The position numbers and the translations under genes were made by a program. A DNA stretch of 42,707 nt from Jimgerdemannia flammicorona (taxonomy: Eukaryota), in assembly GCA_003990765.1 (NCBI GenBank), contig RBNJ01000086.1, positions 1 to 42,707 on the forward strand, in the 5' to 3' direction. Below the pieces are notes generated by a model. It had not been told where the DNA came from, did not search any database, and saw only the letters and a program-made list of their open reading frames with translations. Positions 25,557 to 35,636 of this stretch are shown piece after piece. The number at the start of each line of letters is the position of its first letter. The first letter of the stretch is position 1.

Positions 25557-28520
25557 GGTGTACTATTTATCATATAAAGATTGCCACATTTCAAGGCTAT
25601 CATTAACCTCTTGTTATCATGTGAATTATATACTGCTGTGCTCTTTGAATATATATGTATCTCTTTATTACTATGGGTCATCATTTTGCCTATAGAGAAG
25701 AGGTTCTTTTCTATCTCTAGAGTATATAGTACATCTGTAAGAGTAGTGGCAGGCTTGATGACATTTTTATAGAGATATATACTGATATTTCTCTTTTCTT
25801 GAGTATAGATGATATTGTTATCTCCCAACTTGATGAGTATAGAGTGTTCAAATAGTTGATATATAGAGAACTATTTCCTATATAGTGTCATATATTGTAT
25901 AGCTCCAGAATATATTAACTAGACATTGTTGTCATCAGCTATATTGATATATTTGGTGGATATATAGTTGGCAGTTTTTCCATCTATACTGCTGGTGGCA
26001 CTGACATTATCACTACTTTTCATCAGTCCAAAAGTATTTCACTGATTAGTACTTATTGATAATAAGTTAGTGGATTTGAAACTAGATTCTGTACTAGCAG
26101 AACTAACAGAACTGGTGTTGTCAGAATTGGCAGTAAATTTGATGGGACTTTTAGGTCCAAAATTACTATCCTTGCCAGGCTTCATAGATGTAGAAGAACT
26201 GATGGCTTGTGCAAAAAATAGATAACCACTTTTATTAGTTTTAGTAGTATTTGTATTGCTACATTTTCTTCAATAGTTTCTACCACTCTTACATTGCCAA
26301 TGCTGGTTTCTTCCATACTTATTTTTACTTTCTCAGTAATAGTATTGATATTTTCTATATCTATACTTGCTACAGTATTCACAGTAGCTGTCATACTTAG
26401 TTAATTAGCTGTTATATTATTGAGTTTGGGTTTGAGTTCATTGGCTTTATTGACTATACCTTTTACCTTATTTGGTACTATACCTATAGAATATATAGAA
26501 TGCCCTTTTGTTATTATTGTCTTCAGCACAATTTCTTTAGTATATTTCCTCATTTATAAGGCTTATTATTACATAGGCATAGTTTATAAGAGTACCACTC
26601 TCATATATAGCTATGATAACAACATTATATGCATCCAGAAGACTCCTTGTGAGTACTATAATCTTATCTTTATTGTCAATACAATCTATAGATATGTTGA
26701 GAAAATTCACTTAATTTACCATATTATTAATATTATTGATATATTTATAGATACTCTTCTTAAGCTTTATTTAAAAATTGAACAGCTGAGATTTTAGGTG
26801 AAATCTATTCAATATAGATACTTATATATGATGATTACATAGGGCTTCTCATACTTTGTTAACTGTATCTATATGCATTATGAGCTTTGTTTGTAAGTTT
26901 GATAATATAAATGTAATCTCATATAATACTTAGTGATCATTTGTAGGATCATAGTCTTCAATCTACACTTGTGGCTTTATATACTCTACTAAGCTATATT
27001 TGTCAAGAAGATTCATTATATGGAATATCCAGATGGTATAATCTTTCTCATTGAAGATCAGAATAGATCTCTTGGTTATATTTATACTTATAATAGAGAC
27101 TGCTCTCATTGCCAGAATACTCATAGTTGATATATTCATATCACTTGTATTGCTAGATTGACTGTCTGCTATTTCTAGTATATATTATATAGTATATATT
27201 TATAAAGTATATATATATATATATATATATTTGCTATATCTGCTTAGTACTAGTGGAACTCATAACCTTTGTTAAAAAGAGGGGCATTTTTATTAAGTTT
27301 ACATAGGACACATATTTCATATATTACTGATAGATAATATAAGACCAATGATATCACTAATCATATATTGATATATTGGGTTACCATCCCAATACTATAA
27401 TAGGAGATAATCTCAAAAAAATCTCTGAAAAAATCAAGATCAAGAAATTCCACATTACTACAAAAATTCCAGATAAAGTACATGAATCTAATGCTACTAT
27501 TACTTTCAGGATTAGATCATATATATATATCAAATCTGTATTTATAATAAGTCCAAAATTTTTTCTCAAAGTACTAATTTATCTCACCAATATTACAGCT
27601 GATCAAAGTATATAATATGTATTTAATATACTATATCTAAAGAATACTAGAGGTGTGTTTATAATTATATAATACATATTAAATAAAAATAACACACTGT
27701 TCACAAGTCTGAAATCTGGAATAAGTAGTATATATTGTGGTGTGCAGTTTATATCCCTAGTTCTCTTCAAGAATGGCTCAATGTACCACTTGGTGAAGCG
27801 CGCAAAGGATGTGAGTGCATTCGCGACGGTTACAGGTCGATAGTCACGTGATCGGGTTATTCGAAACATGCGATATTTGATATTAGCGGTCATTCGATTG
27901 TTCAATGGCTCAATATTTAGTGGAAAAGGGCATTCCTGGTGGCGATTAACTTGGCAGTGAACTTGAATTTATACAGCAATGACAGGCTTGGCTTTAAGCG
28001 GTTCGTGGCATAGTAGGTTGGGAAAACAGAGGTTGATGACTCGCTCGTCTGTCTTGACTTGTTAACTTGAAAGGTTCTGAGCAGTCATTTATGTAGGCTG
28101 GCAGATCGGTCTTTGGCGGTCTAGTATCCTTTGGCTGGGTATCCTTGGGTTTCCGGGTCTTGAATCTCAAATGGCGGTTGAATGCATGGTCTGAATGGCA
28201 GTCTGAATGTGCGGCAGTCATGGTCTTGAATTCCTTAGCTGGGTCTTGGGTCTCGAATAGTGGTCAAATGGCAGTCCGAATGCATGGCAGTTGTGGTCTT
28301 GAATCCTTGACTGGGTCTCGGGTCTCGAATGGCAGTCGAATGGCAGCAGTCAGGTAATGTTTTCTTTCCGTGGCAAGAGAAAATTCTTTAACTTAAACTT
28401 CTGAGCAATCCATTGCTCTAGGTTGTTATCTTGTTCTCAGAATTTATCTGGTCTCTTGGAGGCAGTGGTTTCTTTGTAAACTAGAACTGACTGAGGTTTA
28501 TTCACTCTAAGAATATGGGT

Positions 28521-28528
28521 TATTTATA
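28521..28528 (-). promoter_or_regulatory. Candidate main LTR TATA box (TATAAATA); equivalent at 38751-38758
   Basis: Minus-strand GTATAAATAACCC lies downstream of the LTR ORF. The family-2 LTR has a matching TATAAATA at the analogous position (17632). Confidence 0.55.
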
Positions 28529-28887
28529 CAAGTTTGCTAGCTATGGATATGGCTAAGGTATACTACATTGTGGTGAACATTCGCTATACTATTGGCTTAT
28601 ACGATGCAAGGTGCAGGCTATTGTTTACTACAGATTAAGTTGTAGGGGATAGCAATGCTGGATTCGGATGAGCAGACATGAATGCTGATTATTGCCAGAA
28701 ATGGTTGTGGAGGGTGGCAATGCTGAAAATGGGTGTTGCTGACTTGCTGACAAATGTGGGATCACTGAATTGAGATAGGGCGAGTACCAGTGCCGGATTC
28801 AGTTGTTGGGGGTGGTATCACTGGAAATGGATGTTACTGACTTGCTGACAAACAATGGCTAACTGGACTGAGGAAGCAGACATTGGA

Positions 28888-29871
28888 TCACTGAATGGTA
28901 AAGTACCCTTCATCAGTGAACCAATCATCTTGCTGGGTTGTGACCTCTTCATTCTGTTCTTCAAAGAGTGGGAGCACCGGCCAGGAGGTGAGGGGGTAGA
29001 AAAGTGGCCAGTCATCTTCAACAACATTCTCTAACCCTTGAACAGCTTGAATGTGGACAGAGGACTGGTAGACTCTCTGTTGCTCCTCTTCTTCTTCTGA
29101 AGACTCGTCAGTTTCAGTGTCAGAGGGGGTTTCTTCAGGGGTAGGGTCTTGGGGTTCTTGGACTTCCTCTTCAAAGACAGAGACCTCTTGGGCTTCTTCT
29201 TGATTCAGTTCCCAAATGATGAGATGTGAATTGTGGCTGGCAGGGTGGTGGGTAGTTGGGGTAGCTCTAACGGGTGCTTCTATGGTAATGGGCGGTCCTT
29301 CAAATATCTCCATAAGACTCATTAGGTGACCTTGATGGTTGTCTCGGAGTGGGGTGGTGTGGAAACCTGGCTAAGTAAGTTCAGTTTGTTGGCTTCCTAC
29401 AGCAACGCTGTTGCTGCCAATAGAGTTGGCTACTTCAGATTCTATCCAGTCAGCATCTTTGGTTGAAAGGCAGGAGAGGCTGCCAGCCATTACTCCTTGC
29501 AAGTATGCTATGGCCCAGGGAATATGGCGGAAGATTTGGTGGACATGGAGGGCTCTCTTGATTAGCTGGCTGGTGGTTAACAATTCGGTAATGAGGTCTT
29601 CCCGGTCATCTTCTTGAGTCTCATTGCGAAGGTGGTGTCTGATTTCGTAGTCATGCCAGAGGGTCATTCGTTTGGTAGTATCTTTGAGCTGTTGGGTCAT
29701 TATATACCGGTAGTTGATGAAGTGTCCAAGATCCTCAGTATAGAAGTTCAAGTGTTCGGAAGTATCTGGGTGCCAGATGGCCTTCTTGATAGCTTCAAAG
29801 ATCAGGGTCTTTGGGTCAGGCAAAGGGGTAGAGTGGCGGGAGGTCTGGTTGGATCAGCGAATGGGAGGCAT
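28888..29871 (-). pseudogene. LTR-embedded accessory ORF, family 1, 3' LTR copy (327 aa when repaired)
   Basis: ATG at 29871 (MPPIR*SNQ..PDPK). Single frame to the stop at 28888. Internal stops near 29855 and at 29371-29373 are CGA and CAG in the other LTR. Confidence 0.85.
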
Positions 29872-30085
29872 TGTATGGTAGATACTTGGTTCTTTGGTGC
29901 CGATCCCTGAGGCAGAGTATGGTTCCTTAAATAACGGTCTTCATTTTGGCTTGGATCATCTTGTCTTCTTTTGGCAAAATCACTTGACGGATTGGGCTGG
30001 TCACTAGTTATCACGCCATAATGTCATCTGATCTTGTGGTCGCAGAATACTCCAAATTTGGACAGGGTCGATTGTAGACGTCACA

Positions 30086-30096
30086 TCTGCCCCTTG
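30086..30096 (-). other. Polypurine tract
   Basis: Minus-strand AAGGGGCAGA immediately before the TGTGA start of the 3' LTR. Confidence 0.75.
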
Positions 30097-30409
30097 CAAA
30101 ATTAGAGCCATCCTCAGCAGTGAGGGTTACACAGAGTTGGGTGGTCTTAACTCCAGGGACGAGCAGAATGTCAGCACATTTGTAAGGACTGCCCATCCTT
30201 GTCTAGAGCAAGGGCTTCCATAGTCGCAGCTGGGGGTTTGAACCTATCAGAATAGTATTTCTTGTAATCTGAGGCAATTTCTTAGTAACAATATCTGTCA
30301 TGTGGATGGGCTTGAGTCTGGTTCCAACATTGTTAGCTTTCTTGAGTTCCGAGTGAAATGTCTGTCATATCTCCAATGGAGATGACACAGACAGAGTGAA
30401 CAGGATTGT

Positions 30410-33130
30410 TCAAATGCATTTTACTTCTCTTGAGTAGTAGAGTCTTATGCGGTTGTGGTGTATCTTGGTCTTGAGTATAACTCCATCCAAGGTCTTAAGT
30501 TGATAAGTATGGTTTGAGAATACTTGGTGTATGAGATAGGGGTCTTCCCATTTTGGTTTAAGCTTGGCACTCCAATTTCCTTCTATGATGGTACGGTACA
30601 CCAGAACCTTTTGTTCAATGAGCAGGGGTTCAAGGTCGGCTTTGCGGTTGTAGTATCTCTTTTGTCGTTCTTGTGTCTTGACAATAAATCCTCGTGCCTG
30701 CTGGCATACATTGTGTAACCGGGTGATCTCTTCTGTGACTCACTTTGACAGATCTAGCTGGACTGATTCAGTAGGATCTTGTGCTTCTTGGCCATATACC
30801 AAATAGAAGGGGGTCTGTTGGGTAGCAGTTGCCTTAGAGGTACGGATGCTAAACAGAATTGCTGGTAGATAGATATCCCAGTTTAGTTGATCTCTGGTTC
30901 TACTGAGACCTCACTTGATGGTCTGGTTCATTCATTCAGTGAGTCCATTTGCCTGTGGGTGGTAGGCTGTTGTTGGTCGTAGCTTGATCTTGAAGTTGCT
31001 CGCAAAGGTCTTCATGGCTTGGTTGATGAATTCTCGGTCTTGATCTATAATGATTTCCTTGGGCACACCATGGCGGCTGAAAATTTCATCATACAGGATC
31101 CCAATAATTGTCTGGGCATTGGCAGTCTCAATGGCAAAAGCTTCCGGCCATTTTGTCAGGTGGTCTTTGATAGTGAGGATGTAGTGTCTTCCTCAGCTGG
31201 TTACTGGTAGGGGTCCAATAATGTCTATTCCCAGTCTTTGAAAGGCTCCAGCTGGTGCTGCAATTGGTATTAATGGTGCTCTGTCGGTAGGCTTTTGTCG
31301 GTATCTTTGGCAGGTATCACATTGTTGAATGTGTGTTGAAATTTGTTTTCTCATCTTGGGTCACCAGTATTGCTTCTTGATTCTTGCGATTGTGGTGCCA
31401 ATTCCTCAGTGTGCATTTTGGTCATGATTTGTTGTCAGGATCTTCAATATTTCTTCTTCTCTTGGAACTCGGGTATACTGCTCTCTATCTACTCTCTAAA
31501 GTTTGCCATCGCCTTCTTGGAATTTCTTGAAATTCCTTTGGATAAATAACTTGTGGGCTGGTTGGATTCCTTTCTTGAAGCTTCTATGGTGCAGACTCCA
31601 GGTGAGGGCGAGGCACAATTCTTGGTTCATTTGGGTGAGCGGGAAGCAGCCTTCTCTTGTGGGGGCTCCTTCCCTTCTTGTTGGTTTTGCAGGATTCTTG
31701 ACAGGATATCAACATTGGAATTCTTAGTACCTTTCTTGTAGACAATAGTGAACTGATATTCTTGCAGAGACATGATCCATCTAGCGAAGATTCCTGAGGG
31801 CTCCGGCTTATTGAATAACTATTGTAGAGCTTGATGGTCAGTAATGAGAGCGAATCTCTTTCCCAAGAGATAGTGTCAGAAGTGGTCCACAGCCCAAACT
31901 ACTGCTAGGCATTCCAACTTAGTGGCTCCATAGTTTGCTTGTGTTTCATTTGTGGTCTTGCTAGCATATTTGATAACATGCTCCCTCTTCTGGTCATCTT
32001 GCTGAGACAGAATTGATCCAAGTCCTAAGGCTGAGGCATCAGTTGCCAGGATGAATGGTTTGCCAAAGTCTGGTCACACCAGGACAGGGGCTTCAGTAAG
32101 GGCCTTCTTGAGTAGGTTGAATGACTTTTGTTGTTCTTCTTTTCAGTAGAATGGTTGGTCCTTCTTGGAGATATCTCGAAGAGGTGCTGCCTTATCTGAA
32201 AACCTTGGGATGAATTGTCAATAGTAGGATTCCAGCATAAGGAAAGATAGGGTCTCCTTTGCTGAGGTTGGGGTTGGGTAGTTCTTGACTTTCTCCACCT
32301 TGCAGGGGTTGGTATGTGTTCCTTGAGCTGAGACAACATATCTCAGATATTTGACTTAATGTTTTCTGAAGAAGCACTTCTTGGCATTGAGTCTGAGTCC
32401 TGAATTTCGGATGGTATTGAATACTTCACGGAGGTCTTGCAAATGCTGCTTGAATGTCTCAGAGTAGATGATTACATCATCTATGTACACTAGTACATTT
32501 CTTCCAATGAGGTCCCAGTAGACATAGTTCATCATTCATTGGAATGAGGTGGGTGCATTGCAGAGTCCAAAGGGTATTCATAGGTATTCATACTGTCCTC
32601 ATCTGGTGATGAAGGCTATCTTGCAGATATCTTCTTTGGCAATGGGTATTACTTGGAATCCTTGGAACTGGTCAGTAGTGGTCATGTATTTGGCTTTTCC
32701 AAGGACATTGATAAGGTCATCAATTCTTAGCAGTGGGTAGGCATCTTCTGTGGTGACTTTGTTGAGTTTTCTGAAATCCACGACTAATCTCCATTCTCCT
32801 TTCTTTGGTACTATGATTGCTAGTGAAGCCCAGGGGCTTGATGATGGTCTGATGACTCTATTTCATAGCATTTCATCTATGTATTGTTGTTCGAATTCAA
32901 TCAGATGATGTGGTGTTCAGTAGGGTCATTGTCGGATTGGTCTTGCATCTCCAGTATGTATAGAGTGTTCTCCGTATTGATATGGTGGGAAGTTATCATA
33001 TGTGGTGGTAAATATATCTTTATACTCCTCTATCAACTCTTGTATCTGTTATTGCTGGTCCTTGGTTAGAGTTGTCTCAATGTTGACGGCTTTGATTACT
33101 GAATTTGCTGAGTCTTCCTCTCTGGTACCA
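30410..33130 (-). pseudogene. pol: Gypsy pol: reverse transcriptase, RNase H, integrase
   Basis: SSPWAS, VDFRKLNKVT..DAYPL.RIDD, PFGLCNAP, VYIDDVII (~32480), ATDAS, ECLAVVWAV, ITDHQAL, an HHCC region (~31420-31310), IDIIGPLP, YHPQANGLTE and a C-terminal PKWEDPY. Multiple stops. Confidence 0.93.
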
Positions 33131-33530
33131 TCAGTCTCACTGGAGAGGACTTGCCATTTCTCAAGAATTCAAAGACTTCTTCCTCATAGGTATCTATCAG
33201 TGGTTCGAAATATCCCATTGTTGTTCCCTTGGGGATAGTTATTACTTCAAAGCCCAAGTTTCTGATAGAGATGTGGATTGGTGACATCTGGTCATGAATT
33301 TGTTCTTCAGCCAGGAGGATGTAGTATTCCTTTTGAAGCTCCAGTGATGGTGCAAATATTAAGTTGTTTGCTTCTACTGGTAGGTGCACATCTAGGCCTT
33401 TTTGCTAGTAGGGCTGCAGGAGGATGTCTTCTCTTGCTCAGATTGGGCGATAGATATGGGGTCTCATTTGTCGGAATTGAGCAACTATTGCTAAATGAAC
33501 CTCAATAGGTGGTGTCCATAGATTTCTATT

Positions 33531-33941
33531 GGTGCTTCCAAAGCCTCCTTGTCCTCTGTTGGTATCTTCTAGTTGGTCTACCTCTTAGATAGTCAGCTGT
33601 GATGTCTTGATAAACAGGATTTGGCAGATGGCTTCCATAGAACTGAAGAATTGGCTGGTTCTACTAGAATTGCAGATAATGGCCTTCAAGGGACCTCAGT
33701 AGTCCTGATCAATGACTCCTCCTTCTACTGTGACTCCTTTGGTTGCCAATGAGGATCTTGAGGCCAATTGTCTATAATGCCCAGGTGGTATAGTGAATGC
33801 GATCTGTAGGTCGAAAGTCCTGGTACTTCTGGGTCGGATTCTTGCTTGGTAGGGGAGGCAGAGGTCATAACCAACTGATCCTTCTGTTTGTGCAAGAGGT
33901 GGCTGTGCCCAGGGTGAAAGCAGCTTGATCTGGATAATTGG
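33531..33941 (-). pseudogene. dut: dUTPase domain within the Gypsy polyprotein
   Basis: All five motifs in one frame: GSVGYDL, ASRSSLA, GGVIDQDY*G, AICQIL and RGQGGFGST. The stops are TGA and TAA, consistent with CGA and CAA. Confidence 0.93.
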
Positions 33942-35093
33942 TTAAGCTTTGAGAAATGGTGCTTCAGCTGTTGCCATTGTAGGTGAGAAGTCCATGCGCT
34001 CCGGTTTGAAGAAAGGCCAGTGAGCTCCTGTCTTTGAGTTTCTTGTGTAATTGAATCCAGTCTTTCCTAGAGGGTCCAGAGCTTCTATAAGAATGAAGGC
34101 AAGATTGATATCTTCTTTTCCTTGATGAGGGCAGCAGTACCAGCAAATGATGGCAAGAACTTCCAATGGTAGGTCCCAGATAGAGGTCTTGCTCTTGAAC
34201 TTACAATCTCCTTCATGGTTGATTTCTTTGCACTTCTGATAGGCCCAGCGAATTCGAGGTTCTTGCAGGGTGGGATCCTTTCTCTTGACTTGGCTCTTGT
34301 AGACATCTTCGCTGAGGTGAACATCTCGATGTTCATACCAGTAGCAGGTAAAGGTTTTTCCACAATCACAATGTCCCTTCTTGACAAAGTCTTCATTTTG
34401 CTGTCTGACCTCCTTACTGGTAGGGAATCTCTTCCGATACTTATCATAGGTGGGCTGTGTGATCTAGAGGGCCCGAGTGATAGTGTAAGAGCTGTTGCTT
34501 TCTCCTTTGATGGTAAGAGACTCGAATGTTTGGCAGGCAAGGATCTTCTGTCCTTCCTTATAGGTCTTCTTAAAGGTCTTCGGGGTTGGAGGTTGTATTT
34601 GGCTGTGGGATGGTGCTTTCTTCAATTCGTCCTTATCATCAATTTCTGGCATTGGAACCTTCTTGAGATCCAGGATTCGGCAATTGCTGCAATTATCTCT
34701 TGGTGAGTGAAAGCTGATGAAATGTTCACATATGCCTTGATGAAAGGCTCATATGATCTGATTTTCTACCAGTGGTGGTGGTGGTTGAGCAGAAGGTCCT
34801 GTAAACTCAAGTGCTGCCCTTGTATTAATGGCTCTATCAATGCTTTCTTCTATATCTTCAACACTAATAACTCCAATGAAAGAGTCTTCTTGTTTGCTTT
34901 CTTGGTCCCTTGGGGCATCGAAATCACTTCCTAGTTCTTGTAGGAAATTGGCCTCGCTTTCATCCTCAGTAGTAGTGGGGGTGTCGCCATGTCCTTGCCA
35001 TTCTGTTTCTGAGGCTTGATTCATCTTTTTGGATAATCCTTTTGAGTCAATGGGCACCTTGTGCTTCTGTCTATGAATGGAGAAGACCAGGAG

Positions 35094-35400
35094 TTATTTC
35101 TTGATATCTATATTGGCTCCAACTTGGCTTAACCAGTCAGTTCCCAGAATCAGGTCATAGGAGGTTGCGGGGGTCATGACAGCTTTGGGTACATTGAGGC
35201 AGGCCTTTCCAACTTGAATGGGGATGTCTCTGACAAGTCCAAGGGGTGTGGAAGCTGATCCGTCAGCCATGATAACTCTTGCTTTGGTTCCTTCATCTAT
35301 TCCCCATCCAATTTGCTCCAATATCCTTTGGGTGATGATGCATACTGCTGCTCCAGTATCGATGAGAATTCTGGTATTTTTACCATGCACTTTTCCATTG
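35094..35400 (-). pseudogene. Gypsy aspartic protease
   Basis: ILIDTGAAVCII..MADGS..PLG..YDLILGTDWL. Confidence 0.9.
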
Positions 35401-35636
35401 GCAAGTCTTGTAGATTGATGTTCATATTGCTGACTCTCATGGGCTGTGTGGATAGTACTAGGTTCTTGAGTGTGTAGTCCTTGGACTGGAAGTCTCTTAG
35501 TATCTTCTTTGGCTTCTTTCAGGAATTTTCGCCTGACCTCTGGTGCATTCTTGAGGACTTGCTCAACTGTAAGACCAGCATTCTATAGGCGGATATGTTC
35601 CCAAAGTGAGGCTGCTGCATGGGGCTTGCTGCTTCT

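Larger units (their letters stand above)
20094..27394 (-). mobile_element. Ty1/Copia LTR retrotransposon, full-length but heavily mutated; hosts two MITEs and solo LTR B
   Basis: ~125-bp direct LTRs at 20094-20218 and 27270-27394. Minus-strand PBS AGGTTATGAG next to 27270 and PPT TTGAGTGAGAG next to 20218. Domain order is gag, protease (~25900), integrase (SGKRYFLTFI), RT (~22360-21430), RNase H (ANLLTKP ~20560). Confidence 0.88.
27736..30085 (-). repeat. 3' LTR of the Gypsy element (2350 bp)
   Basis: Collinear with 37966-40315 at an offset of 10230. Differences are mostly C>T/G>A. Confidence 0.95.

Noticed and set aside
28888-29871. LTR ORF as an env gene
   Set aside because: No signal peptide or transmembrane segment; it is hydrophilic, acidic and lies within the LTR.
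30100-30410. Chromodomain after the integrase
   Set aside because: The frame ends at 30410 and no chromodomain-like aromatic pattern is visible downstream.
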